Assembly: GCA_910592345.1 (NCBI GenBank)
Contig: CAJVPI010000150.1
Coordinates: 1-48,497 of the forward strand
Direction of reading: 5' to 3'
From: Paraglomus brasilianum
Lineage: Eukaryota
DNA: 48,497 bases
A program made the translations under genes and the position numbers. The notes below the pieces were generated by a model. It did not search any database. It was not told the DNA's origin and saw nothing but the letters and a program-made list of their open reading frames with translations. Numbering within the stretch: the stretch's first letter is position 1; each line of letters starts with the position of its first letter. Shown here one piece after another: positions 23,548-36,890 of the stretch.

Positions 23548-26149
23548 TACTTGTCTTTAATACTTATAATTTCTTGTAAACACATCTTATTATTGCCAAA
23601 ACCATGAGAGTGGCCAATTAAAAATTTGTAATAATATTATGATTTACTTGTTTTATGTTAACTACTAATAACTTTGGGTAGGTGGTAGAGCATGTACAAT
23701 TTAAATCGTTATTTGATAAATTACCGAGAAACCCATATTGAAACAATCTATATTAGCAGGCTGTACATATTGCTTGCTCATATTCAGTAGAATCATTTAT
23801 AATTATTCTTCATATAGACGGACCTAATACGCTTGTGAGATGGTCAAGAATTGAACTTAGCTTATTATATATTCCATCGTTGAATGGTGCGTTTGTCAAC
23901 GCGTTAATTAGGTGTTAAATAATACAACAATTATTACTGTATAGCAGGAAATACTGCCATCTATCGTCATAATATTAAAACAAACCACTGAAAACAGATA
24001 TAGGAATCTTTTAAAAAACGCGTCAACTACAAAGTAAGGGTGTAATACGAACTAAGCTTGGTAGCGTCCCCAATACACTACGCAAAAAATAATATTGACA
24101 CCAATGTAACACTACAGGCTTGGCAAAAATATTGTCAGTGATAATCGTTTTCATGGTTTTCATAAAAACCTAATACAAAAATCGGTTATCTGCTATTATA
24201 ATAATATGTAAACGTATTATTTACTTTATATGCTTAATATGTTACGGCGATTAAAAATTACTCTTTTCTTATATTTGTATTTCAATGTTCTCAGTTTGAT
24301 TTGGTTAGATTATAAGCCTATAATAATGATACCTCAAAGTTTACTATATAATGTACAAATAAATTGGATATAATTTTACTGATTAATCCAATCTTGAATC
24401 TAAAGCTTTTACATTTGCTACTTGTCAACTTATTAAGTTTTTGTTTTTATAAATTAGGTATCATAATCAAACTACTTTAATTTTTGAATGTATTTCCATG
24501 TCAATCGCTCAAAGTATTCATAAGTTGCCACTCGTTGGGAGAATAGAGAAGATATAACGTTATATTGATGCATCAAGTTTAATTCGTATGCAACCAACCT
24601 AGAATAAAAAAAAATTTTTTTCTTTCCCTTTTTGTTTGTTTATTTTTTGTAATCAATACCATCTATTTTGACGTTGAACGAGTAAGAGAAGAACACGAGT
24701 GCGTTACCTTATGCATAGTACATCAGTTTTAATACTCACTATGGTTACTTATTAACAATTTTGACTCCTAATATGTAGTGTCATACAAACTGTGAGTTTT
24801 ACTGGGAAGATAGAGACATAACGAGGGACAGATAGACTATTTATAATTGTGCATAGATGTTCATATTCGGGATTAATTTTTCATATCGAATATACAAAGT
24901 GCGACTACTTACAACCGAACCATAAACCAATGTTTTATTCCATAACACCTTACAACACCTCATGGCATCTAGACTGTTTATGTCCTACCCTTATATATAC
25001 ACTTACCAAAAGCCTTCGACAGGCCTTGAAATTTTTACTAGTAAAACATATGGAAAATCCTTTTATTAAAATTTCAACAGTCTGTATATGCTATGTAAAG
25101 AGCAATAATTTAGTTATCGTAATGAAGCAGATTGCTTGTATTTTTCGAAAAAAATAATAACGCTAAATTAAAATTAATATGTATTACCGTTACATAGCCG
25201 TAGTTAGATAAAGTGTTAGCGTATACGAAAACATATATATTTCAAAGAGTGCAGACAATCAGCTTCATAATGATATCTTCACATGTTTTACTAATAAATT
25301 TCAACTCTCTCTTTCTGCTGCTTTCATCTTTGCAAAACTTTATCTTACTCATTCAATAACAGCCAAACTATTTCTGGTACTATACTTCAATTCGTTGATT
25401 CCTATTTGTAGCTCTCACATATTAGAAGTTATTTCCCTTTTGTAGGAGGAGACACAACGTAAATATAAATTCATATTTTTTTTTGCGGTTTTGTGCCTGG
25501 ACATGTCTTTTTTTGCCGATGTAACCAATGTAGAACCATACAGACAGCAAGGGTGCTTCACCTGCATTATACTTATCTGTAAGATCTTAAACATTATGTG
25601 GAAAACTCAATATCGGGATTTACCGATTTCCTGATAATGGTGATGAAACAGATTTAAAATGATTGAAACTCCTGCCGAGTAAGTGCCTATCACAAACATA
25701 GTAACATTGTTTTGTTTTGTCACCATGTTAACCAATAAGAGCGAGGAATTCCCCATATGTTTATATCGACACTGTTACAAGGGATGAGAGATTAGGAGAG
25801 AAGTATTTCATTTTACCGACTAGCATACAAGTTCACCATTTTGTTTCTTCGTAATACGCTGTAATATCGTTCGGCTGGCAATTAGTTGTGATGATAAACA
25901 TATGCAAACAATCAACAATAACCAGTATACCGTTATTAGAAGAACAATGCTAAATTAGTGTTATCGTTACGATGACTTGATGATGCGGTGCCATTGATTG
26001 ATAATACATCGAAAGTAAATCAAAAGTCATCATGTCAATAAAGCGTTAATAATTAAAAGTTATGGAACAATCGACATGAATGAATTTTAATCAGTTTCTA
26101 CGTCTAAGATTTAGTCCCCATTGCTGTACGACAGTGTCTATTTCTTTGT

Positions 26150-26620
26150 TGTTGGATATTATCAGAATTGTGTCTCTTATTACTATTGACTCTGCACCAT
26201 GGTCTCCCTGATTGGTGTTGGAGCCAGTATGCGTATAACGTGATACGACGAGGTAAACGACACATAATACTAAACGGACTATACTACTTATTTGCTACTA
26301 TTCTCGTAGCAGCTAGAACCTTTTGTTGTTGCTCTCATAGGCGTGATATAATGTACATTTGCTATCTCGCTGTTTATCGTCATTGTTGCTCATTACCCAA
26401 TATTATACATAATCATACTTGGTCGCATCATTTACATGTATGCAATTTGATATGCACTAACTACAATTTAATTAACACTAAAGGCTATTCTTGAATGTTT
26501 TTTCATCGTTACGCTCATTGTCCGAATGCTCCCTGCTGATGAATGCGCATATCTTTTATATAGGATCTTGTCGTCTGTATACTATGCGAATGCTCTACCG
26601 CGTACTCACAAATTTGTAAG
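26150..26620 (+). pseudogene. Decayed membrane-protein gene fragment
   Basis: Hydrophobic exon-like pieces with stops between GT/AG sites (MVSLIGVGASMRIT*; QLEPFVVALIGVI*CTFAISLFIVIVAHYPILYIIILGRIIY; AILECFFIVTLIVRML). Confidence 0.25.
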
Positions 26621-28045
26621 CGTTTTCGCATCCTTTCCCCTAATGTTGATTGTCCCTGTGCATAATCACATCACACAGAAGAGAAGGGACCGGGACGAAA
26701 TGCCGAGTGTATTAGACGAAAGTAATGTAAAAATGTAGCCAATAGCGCAGTAAAAGAATACTGTTTCGGAAATGATTTGGAATTCAAACGAGTTATATGA
26801 AATGTAGAACAGCATAATTAGTTACATTGAACAAAGATTGCCATGACATCAAAAAATACTATATATAGTATAATTTCATGTCCTATGCATATTATTTGAT
26901 GTTATCGTGTACTTCCCCAGGATCTGCTTTGATTACTACTTCGCTTAGACCCTTTCCCATTCGTCTAATATATTATCCTCACCAATGAGCGATCTATCAG
27001 TACGGGATACAGCATTTGTGCGCTAGGAACACAAATAGGACCGAACTAAATAGTGGTTCCGGTTCAGAAGAGGGCCAGGGGAAATCTGAATACACGAGAA
27101 GACATTGATGCAAAAATCTTCGACAAGTTCGTTGACAGGAGACAATTATGCATGGTTTGCTATGATAAAATAATCGCTATGCGTACAATTCTTTCATTAT
27201 GGGTCAGCTGTTTTAGTTGATAAAGCCTCAACATATCATTATTATGTCCATTTTTGCTAAAATTCATTCCTGCCTTTCTTAAAACCCGTGCCATGTGGAC
27301 TGTATTCATTTTCTATTTACGTAACAACAGTTACCTCACTCTTATCACAAATCGAATGAGAACACAGACAGATTGAACTGAACAAGTAAAATAAATAAAT
27401 AGAGTTGTGGTACGCAACTAGCGGATGTTGTGTGTCTTTGGTACACCTTTAGGCATATATTATATGCAGACTAATTAGAGAAAGTAAACGCTATAGACTA
27501 AATAAACAATTGTATTATATGCATTCTACTATTGTAATATTATATTATATTATATTCTGTAACTTTATTCTCTTTTGTACTATATTATATTAATTAGTCT
27601 GGCCGTATAAAAATATTCACTTGTCCGTTTCGATTCCTCTTACACAAGACGAACCCATTATCCGTCTTCTATCCTCTTCACCCCATCTTCACGTTCCTTC
27701 TTCCTCCTTTTCTCTCTTACTCATTTACTGTCTTTCTCTCTCTTCCTAATCAACCGAAGCGATAACGACTTCATATAAAACAAAGGTTTAGTCCATACGC
27801 TGTATCATTTTCATTTATCCGGCTTTCACATGGCCAGAGAGAAAAGGCGGTTGATTTCATTAACGAGTTGTATCATATTTACATCTAAAATATCTTAGTG
27901 ATTTTATACTTTCCTTCAACCTCTGTAATATTTAACGTCTCGATATTTATTTGAACATCATTATTATTGAGTAATAACTTACTACTATTATTACTGCCTA
28001 GTATTTAGTATTACATTATTTTTTAAAAAAAAACAAAGAAAGAAA

Positions 28046-28968
28046 ATGCTGCTTGATCTGATATTATTACTTATTGGACTGGCGGTGAGCTCTGCAGGAA
28101 TGATCATTGTCACAGTCAAAATGCTAACCAATCCAACAAAGCTCCGAACGGCAGCGTAAGTATAAAGCATACATAGAGGAATGAATTTTATATGAGCTAC
28201 GACCAATACGATGATTAAAGACGCTAACCTTTTCGCTCTCTCTCTCTCTTCCATCCCTCATCTTCAACCTCCAGCCTAGTATCATTCATGTGTCAAGTAA
28301 CGTTAATGGTAATAAACGTATGCCGCGTCCAACTCTCTTCACCGGAAGATCGCTGGTATTGGTTCAGCTTTTTCTTGTTAATAGCCATATATCCAACTGC
28401 TTTAGTTGGAAGCATAATAGACTTGGGTCGTCAATTCTATCCCAGCGACGAATGGAATAATCACCTTTTCAAGATAGCAGTTGGCACACTTACAGCGTTT
28501 GATATAGCCAACCTCATCTTTGCTGGTTTGACGGCTACAGACAAACTACCAGTTCCGTTTATATATGCAGCAACAATCACAATAGTAGATATCTGCGCCG
28601 GTGTACTTGCATTTGTATATGCATTCTTTCCTGTCATGACCGTTCGTACACAAAACAACAAACGCCGAGTAAACGCGTCAACTGCTGCTGTTGGAGTATG
28701 GTATACGGCTGTAATAGGCACAATGGCTTTGGTATACATAATTGTCTTCAGCGTTATTCTTGCTCTTGGAGGGCCGGAAGGAAAGACATGGTACATTGGA
28801 TTTGCATTTGATAGCATCATAAGAAGCATAACAACACTCGCAGTAGCGCTACCACCACCAAAGACAGTTATTCCTGCACTGAAGAATAGAATATTCGGCA
28901 GAGGAATGATGAGTTTAGCTATTAGAGAAAGGGGAGTTGTCAGCACTGGCATCATTGTCGAAGTATAA
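28046..28968 (+). CDS. Small orphan seven-transmembrane protein (267 aa)
   Basis: Exon1 28046..28155 (MLLDLILLLIGLAVSSAGMIIVTVKMLTNPTKLRTAA), GTAAGT..CAG intron, exon2 28275..28968 (804 nt total). Seven hydrophobic segments, almost no N-terminal ectodomain. Confidence 0.85.
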
Positions 28969-30159
28969 GGAAACCGCCATTCAAATGAATTTGATTCTTG
29001 AATGGAGAAGGGTGGATCTATGTGCACCAAAAAAATGACAAAAAGACGATTAGTGTGAAGCCTGCAAAAATAGTACGAAAGCAGATTACACATATAAGAT
29101 TAAAAAAAAGAAAAAGAAGAAACTGAGAGGAGGATAGAGGATGTTATTAGAAATTATGCTCATCCACCTGGACTAATTATCTGTTGACTGGCATATAAAA
29201 ATGGTTTGATAATCATAAAATTATGGGCCGGGCAACAGATATCAAAATGAGATTGTTATTCTCAACGATGCTATAAAGACACTTCACATTGTTATTGATA
29301 CTTTTACCATACAAAAAGTAAGATCAAATAGTAATTTCAGCTTATAGCTAAACCTTCGTTGATACAAATCTGTAGTAAATTTATCCACATTTCCTAAAGA
29401 GCTGCCGGAGCTCTTATTGGATAACTTAATCATTTGACTATCAACAGATTATCAATTGATTATATTTTTTTTCAGTGAAAACATCTTACCTGTTCTAAGC
29501 ATAATGCAAAGAGTCCTGATGTTATGGACACAACCAATAATCAAAATCAAGCATCGGAAATTTCTTTCTGTTTGGGTATGTTCCCTCAGAGTGCCTAATG
29601 CTAATATAAAATAAAATCAAACTAATAAAATAAAAATAAATAGAAAAAAGTTTTTATCTGAAATATGGGACGCCTGTTAAGTAAAGTCGTATTACCTCAA
29701 CTGCGCTTTTTCTTCTTCGACTCGTAAAGCTTTCCGTGTTAACAGAAGTTCTGCTGCTGCTACATCAGTATCGAACTTAATGAGATTAGCAACTATCTAC
29801 ATATTATTTTTACTGTCCCAGATCGATCGATTTCATCTTGTCTTCGGTCTTTATTAATAATGCAATAGAAAACGCCAAAGATGTTCAAATCTCCGTATTT
29901 CTGTTTCGTAATTAATAAAATAGCTACTATTACTACAGTTATCTATCTTAACTACTTTTGGCGGAAGCAAGGACAGATGGTTCGGAACCACCCATCTGCC
30001 GCGTCTATATATCAATAATATAACTTCTCGGCAACAAGTTCTTTTTTCAGAATCTCCGGTCATTTTCATATAAATGGGGAGTAAATCTGATCTGCAGTTG
30101 TACATATTAATATAACAAAGTGATTACTAATATCTGCCTGCCTATTAAAGACTCTGAAC

Positions 30160-30945
30160 TTAGAATTTGTAAGGCAGAGTCCTATGTTCTAGACTTGTCA
30201 ATAAGACAAGATCAAAAAAGAGATTCCGATATAATAGAAATAAATTCACGAGATAATCTATTGACAACAAAATATAAATGGCAGATTTAAATAAATGCCA
30301 TATACTACGTATAATCTTTAAAGCAATAAATAAATTACCAGAAATAAAGACACGTAAAAGGTCAACAGTTAATAATAAAGCAGAGATTTGAAACATCTAT
30401 GAAATTACCAGATAGACGTTTGCAGAGCAATGCACGATTACGTCGATACAAGCGTAGCAGTGGTTTTTTGAGAAACGGGTTATCAATACTATATCTGTGT
30501 GAATAAAGCATTCATTTAGCATCTACGCGCATATGCTATATTATCTAATCATTTGAATAAAGCTGTGGCTTGTCATCTCATTTCATTTAATACAAGCCTT
30601 TTCATTATTGATTCTCTTTCAACATTTACTCATCGGAAGTTCCACCCGTCTTCGCGTTGCATAATACGTCTGGAGAAAGTAAGGACTGTACATGTCCATG
30701 TATATGTAGACAAAGTGTAGTGTCGTTTAATACACGCATAGCTCGACAATCATGATACGATTGAAACGTAGGTTTTCCAGATCGACGAGTGCTTCCAAGA
30801 CGTGAATCAACGTGCAAAGCGTATTTGCGAAAAACCAATAGCATAACATGCCCCCGATGTTGCTAAAGGTAAAAATAAAATATCCGATTGCAGATAACAT
30901 TATGGTCATGGATGTTGGGTGTAGTACTAAATCCGAATAGAGCAC
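30160..30945 (-). pseudogene. Decayed multi-pass (7-TM-like) membrane protein gene
   Basis: Successive hydrophobic blocks broken by stops: TIMLSAIGYFIFTFSNIGGMLCYWFFANTLCTLIHVLEALVDLENLR; ACIDVIVHCSANVYLVIS*; FQISALLLTVDLLRVFI..AIYILLSIDYLVNL. Confidence 0.35.
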
Positions 30946-31890
30946 ATTAACCGTCAGACATTACATGTCATTGTTAGGGTTTGCTCGAATTTTAAACTCA
31001 ATATTGACAGAACGAAAATCTGTCAGATTGTCAATACAAGTAATGACACGGAAATAATCTTCTTATAAGGCTACAGTTTATTTTGCAGTGTATCAGAAAT
31101 TAGGGCTGTAATATCATCACAGTTATCACCAATATATATTGTTTCGATGAGACAGTGAATTATTGTTATAGATACTTTTTACAAATCCACCTCCTCACCC
31201 CCGCGCTATCATAAAAAGTCTCGCTTTCAAGTCTTTATGAATTTTTAACATATTCGATGCATAATTTTTATCCATAGTGGATTCAATGGCACCTACATCT
31301 AACAATTCTTTATCAATATTAGAACGCGCTGCGAGGAGAGTTGAGATAGAAAACGAGAATGGAATATTTTTATTTTGCCGACTTTCATAGCCTTTCAGAT
31401 TTCAGATTATTAAAACTAGATTAATATTAATAACTAAGAAAGTGTCTCGACCTTAATTCATCCATTATGGCCGACGTTGGCTTGTACTCAGTAAACGCGT
31501 AGAACGTTCAATTTCATCTCAAGTCAATGAGACGAACACTGACTGCTCTATGGATGTACAAGAGCTCTAAGTTTATCAGGTTAACGCTCCCATACAAGTG
31601 TTTTTTGGCTGTATGCGTTAATTGACTATTCCAATAAGCTGAATACTACGAACTCAAGTGTAATTATGAGTAATAAAGTACGTAGCTATAAACTTTATGT
31701 TATCTCTATATTCTAGACACTGAGTTACAATGGACAAAGCAAACCGTCAAAATAGAATTCTTGTATATTACAAAAGAGTGGTGGTAATTAAAAGAAAAGT
31801 CTTTTTTTTTTATATTAATGTAATTTATACGACATATATGCCAGAAACTTGACTAAACGTCGTCTTCTATTATTGCCACTACTCCTCATC

Positions 31891-32886
31891 TTATAACTTG
31901 GCCTTCCCCCATCCGCGCACAGTCAGGAAATGAACTGCATCGGTGTACATTTCTCGTTTCAATTGACTGTAAATCTCACCAGCCTTGGCTTTACCACTCC
32001 ACTTTGTTGCTAATTCTATGGCTTTGCTCAACACTTCACCTTCAGGACAAATGACATCAACCAACTGATTATCCAATGCATCCTGAGCAGTGAAGCGATG
32101 ACTCTGAAGGATGCAGTTACGGTAAGTACGAGGTGTCATTTTTGCCCTTACCAATGCTGCCATACCTGGATGAAGGGGGGATGGGATATCGACTTCGTTC
32201 TGGGGGGCATATTTACAAATCAAGATGTGAGTACGTTGGGGAAAATGCCATGTAGCAAAATAAAACACAATTCTTGAACTTTGTTTTTGCAAAATTCATT
32301 CTGATCCTTGGCTTTATCATTGCACGCTGAAGATAGCTTTAATAATTGGCCCGTAAATGCTACTTACCATACACAAAAAACCTCTATCAGACCTCATAAC
32401 ACGATAATCTATAAGATCAATTAAAATTGCTGTCATAAGGCGTTCATATCATACATAAAGCTACTCCTACGATATTCACCCTCAGATTCCCTTTTTCTCC
32501 TTCTTTTTTTTGCCCTTACCATGAGCAAGGGCCATCATACATCCTCCTGCAAAAGCATGCCCATTCAAAGCCGCAACAGTTGGAATTCTAAATGTCAGGA
32601 ATCTCTCCATCAACGCCAAATAATAATCCTCAAAGAATCCTGGCGTCGATAGAGCATGTTCTAAATCCAACCCATTGCTATAAAACTTCCCTTCGCTGGT
32701 GGTTATTAATGCTGCAGGGGTCCCGTCCATTTCCTCGCAGAAAGCTTCGATTTCGTCAAGAATGGTGAACATGGTTTGACAAAAGGTCGTGTCTATTCGA
32801 TTTTCTCCATTCTTCATTGTAATGATAAAGAGCGTGCCATCGGACGACTGTAGCGACGTTTTGGTTAGAGAAATTAACGAAGACAT
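31891..32886 (-). CDS. Peroxisomal enoyl-CoA delta isomerase / crotonase-fold protein (238 aa)
   Basis: Exons 32520..32886, 32368..32408, 31891..32199 (717 nt). Motifs KFYSNGLDL, PTVAALNGHAFAGG, DYRVMRSDRGFLCMNEVDI; C-terminal AKL is a PTS1 signal. An upstream in-frame ATG at 32925 is an alternative start. Confidence 0.92.
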
Positions 32887-33066
32887 TGTTGGAGGATAAG
32901 TTTCTAGGAGAGCCGATCTGGTCATTAAACCGCTAGATTGACCAATGAGATCTCAGGTCGGTTTAATGACACAAGCAAAGTATTAGATTGATGATAATGA
33001 GCCAATGATATTTCAGAACTCGAAAATTTGGTTTTATGTTACATCACGAGTAGAATTACCATTAGA
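32887..33066. promoter_or_regulatory. Compact bidirectional promoter between the isomerase and IMPACT genes
   Basis: Only 180 bp separate the divergent ATGs. 12-bp perfect inverted repeat GTCATTAAACCG (32921..32932) / CGGTTTAATGAC (32959..32970), palindrome TGAGATCTCA, and CCAATGA boxes at 32942 and 33002. Confidence 0.6.
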
Positions 33067-34271
33067 ATGTCTGATCAATCTGCGCTATCTGAAGAACTTC
33101 TCGCGCTATCGTCAATCTTCGGTGATGAATCGTTCTATCCGGTGGACCCTAATAATCCCTTATCTCCATATATTCTCAGAATAAATTTAACGTCCGATTC
33201 GACAAATCAAACATTCTCTTCCCCAAAATCGATCACACTAACGCTCTATTTCCCATCTACGTATCCATCACAAGATCCACCAGTATATGAAATCAATAGT
33301 CTCTACTGTGGTACACTCAAGATAGAGGACGAAATAAAAAAAGAAATACATGAGGGATTTAAAGAATTATTTATACCCGAAGAAGTGGTCATATTCCAAT
33401 GGGCAGAGTGGTTGAGAGAATATATGGAAGGAAAGTTGGATGAAGTGGAAAGTAAAAGTAGAGTTGATGAAGAAGATAGTAGGAATAGAGAGAATAGCGG
33501 AATTAATCATAGAGATCATAATGACGGTAATATTAATGGGAATCATAATGATGAAAGTAGTAATGTCAGTGACCTTCGGGGCGACTTTTCAACCAGCAAT
33601 GCGGATGAATTAAATTTAGCGTGTCCATCAATAACTCACGGCACACCGTTAGAACACAAAAAGTCTGTATTTGTTGCTCATCTTGCGCCGGTGAATAATG
33701 TTAATGAAGTGAAGGCAGTAAGAGAGGCCTTGCTAAGTAATAAAAAGATAGCGAGAGCTACGCATAATATATTGGCGTATAGGATTGTACTAGAAGGAGG
33801 AGTCATACTGCAAGGTGAGACTGATTTTTTTGATGTACAGTGTCTGAATGTCATTGCAGGCATAGTGCCTTTATTATTTAAAAGAGCAATGAGCGTAATC
33901 GATTGATATTTGTAGATATTTTATAATCTATATTGCTTCCCATTAATTAGACAATGATGACGATGGAGAAGACGCCGCCGGAGGAAGGCTACTTCATCTT
34001 TTACAAATACTCGACGCGAAGAATGTGTTAGTAATTGTCTCTCGGTGGTATGGTGGGATAAAACTTGGCCCTGGTAAACTGGATTTATTGATTGTCATTT
34101 CTTGCTGACCATGTTATGTTCAAATATATTGATCATTGTTGTTTACTTATAGATCGATTCAAGGATATCAATAATTGCGCAAGAGATTTGCTCGAACAGT
34201 GTGGATACATCAATGGCACTGCACCGCCTGCTGAAGGGGGTTCAAAGAAACACAAGAAGACTAAGAAATAA
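33067..34271 (+). CDS. YIH1: IMPACT/Yih1 protein (RWD + UPF0029 domain; Gcn1/Gcn2 pathway regulator), 329 aa
   Basis: Exons 33067..33814, 33951..34073, 34153..34271 (990 nt). RWD motifs EELLALSSIF and YPSQDPP; ancient-domain motifs KKSVFVAH, KIARATHNILAYRI, DNDDDGEDAAGGRLLHLL, VSRWYGGIKLGPDRFKDINNCAR. Confidence 0.95.
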
Positions 34272-35187
34272 GAGGACTAAGAATAACCAGACATTTCCTA
34301 ATGACTAAAGACAGTTGTTTTTTTCAGGTGTACCTTAATTAATGGCAATAAACAGATTAACCTGTAAACTTTACTTCCGTGACTCACTCTGCTTTGCCGT
34401 TAAAAACTTTCTTGTTAAGTATGCGAGACTAATCAGTAGACGATAGTATATCCGATTTTCAAGATCAGAAACAGTTCTTTCCTTTTGCTCAAACGTTAAC
34501 AGGTTGACCGTGATCAAATCGAACGCGGAATAGAAAAAGTTGTCTTATATTTTTCGCATATCAAATGTTTGTTTTATGCCACACTCCTGCATTGATGAGT
34601 AATCTTTCCCTTCCGTTATCCTTTTTACATACTGTATAAAATCTCTTGAAACACTCGATTTCGCTGCTTTCTATATATAATACACCCATTGGGTCATCTT
34701 AAAAATCAGGTGTCCTATTTATAATCCCTTGAACGTATTCTCTGAATTTTTAACCTATGCTTGCTCAAAGACTTTCTTCAATTGAATAACTCTTTGCTCC
34801 GGTAACACTTAAAGCCTGTGATGCAAGTGCACCTCTTAGGACATAACAAATAATGTCGGGATGTGCGCAACATAAAGATGGGGTGATATCATCAGCGATT
34901 ACGTCACTTGAAGGGTGGTAGAACATTCTATACAGATACAAAGACAACATCATTGACGATTGCCACTTCATCTTGTTCCAATGCGGGAATAACCCGTACG
35001 CAAAAAAAAAGAAAAAGAAAAAAGATTTTGACAGTCAAATATGGCTAAACTAATAACGTTTAATTTCCGAACAACATGCTGTTCGCGTTCCGTTTATGGG
35101 AAGAGTCGTTTTTATCTTCATAAATATGTTTGCTATGTTAATTTATATGTTGATATGACGATACAATTTCGCTGGTCTTTTAACAAT

Positions 35188-36790
35188 TTACATTTTGAAT
35201 ATGTCATCCAGGTTGAACGGATGAGAGCTGAAAAATATAAGAAAAAGAAAATGCATAATGCAAAATGGTAAATAATAATATTCGTAAATTCCCTCATGTC
35301 GACAACTTCAAGCTGCAGTCATTACAATGTACTCACGCACTAAGCTGTGGCTTCTGAGAGTACTTTGATGACAACTGATCGCGAACCGTGTTCAATAGCT
35401 TCAGGTAGGATACGTTGTTATCCGCCGATAATCTAAATGAGAGATCCTCATTATAATCAACTGAAGCGTCAATTGACCATTTGCGTTTAATTACTTACGT
35501 CGTTATAAAAGCGTGAGACATCGCTCCAATACACTTTCCATTTTCCTGTGCATCAGCAGAATACTGCATGTCCTTGCACCTTTATAATAAACCAACCTTT
35601 TAACAGCTGACACATATTTTCATTCCATCACTCTTATCTTCTTTGTTGACCATCCCTAAATTTCGGTTTACTTACCCGCCAAACATGATAACATCAGCCT
35701 TACTACTTTTTTCCCGTCTATTCTTCTCTCTAATCTTCTCTCCCTTAAATACCTTCACAAAAAGACCAACGATATGGTTCGGTATAGATTCAAAATCTCC
35801 TCTTAGATTTGCCCTGTAGATGTTTGCTAAGGTCGCCCCTCCTGAAGCGATAAGGCTAGATCGTTTGATTGAGCCATTGGTAGAATATATGTAGGGTAAA
35901 TCCAGGGCAGTCCCCGAGTGGCAAGAGTCAAAAATTGCAGTTAGGCGGACACCTTCGTAATAGTGGGTGAGTGAAAATGAGTGGTGATGAGAAAAGTAAG
36001 CTGTATGCACTGATTAATAACGACTGTTATGAGTTTATTCGCAAGACATACCTTCCGGCAAGGGTTTTACTAAAATATCATGCATTATCTATGGGAATGT
36101 AGGTAAGTTAATGCAACAGATTTGGCCATAATTGCAGTTCACACAATCTTACATACATCATCGACAATCACTCCATTCGTTTCAAAATCAAGAGGCATGA
36201 TGGTCTCATCAAAGCCATCTTCTTCATCTTCGTTTTTATCTCTTACTTGACCCCCATGGCCACTGAAGTGAAAGAATAGACTATAGTATGCATACAGAAG
36301 AAGTCATGCGATGAGAGCAGAACATGGGTACAAGTCGTATTCGCATATGACAGCTTAATCTTTGATATACATACGAGTCGCCCGGCTTGGCGCCTGCAAC
36401 AAGACATTTCATAGCCTCGAGGATGTTCTCTTTAGTAGGAATGGATGACCCTTGTTGATCGTCTGTTAGGATTGAGATGTTTTTATCCGGAAAGTTAAAT
36501 TTCTTCAAGAAATTTTTCATATTTTCTACATCGTTGTGACATCCTACATGAACCAAATTGCAAAGAAAGATACAATAGCGTAAAAAGATAGCCTTTTTGT
36601 TAGCTCATTGAAGGTCAAGAGAAAACACTTTATATCATCATTCTTAAGAAGCGTTACTAACCTTGCAACTCAAATTTGGTTTTTTGGTAATTAATCCCAA
36701 TTAGCAAAGCCTTCTTTTCCCCATCGCAAGTTGAAGTCAGCTTTTCGGGAGATGTGTAGTCTTCTTGACTGCCTCGAGACTGTGGCGCCG

Positions 36791-36821
<31 letters not shown>

Positions 36822-36890
36822 TGATAACCGAGGCCCTGACCAAGACCTTGAACGTGGTCGTGCCGGTGGAGGTTGTAGCAAGGTACTCAT
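35188..36890 (-). CDS. MCA1: Type I metacaspase (peptidase C14), 350 aa
   Basis: Eight in-phase exons: 36662..36890, 36375..36543, 36157..36280, 36052..36088, 35676..35952, 35499..35579, 35337..35432, 35188..35227 (1053 nt). KKALLIGINY, catalytic His in HFSGHG, catalytic Cys in DSCHSG, GAMSHAF, YSQKPQLSASHP. May be a paralog rather than the strict MCA1 ortholog. Confidence 0.93.

Noticed and set aside
24070..24140. Two Tc1-like terminal motifs (TA|CACTACGCAAAAAAT, TA|CAGGCTTGGCAAAAAT)
   Set aside because: No partner inverted repeat or transposase sequence found nearby.
28461..29093. 210-aa minus-strand ORF
   Set aside because: Antisense to the spliced 7-TM gene; no independent coding signal.
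35313..35336. Apparent 24-nt last intron of the metacaspase
   Set aside because: Too short; the acceptor at 35228 gives the expected ASHPFNLDDIFKM* ending.
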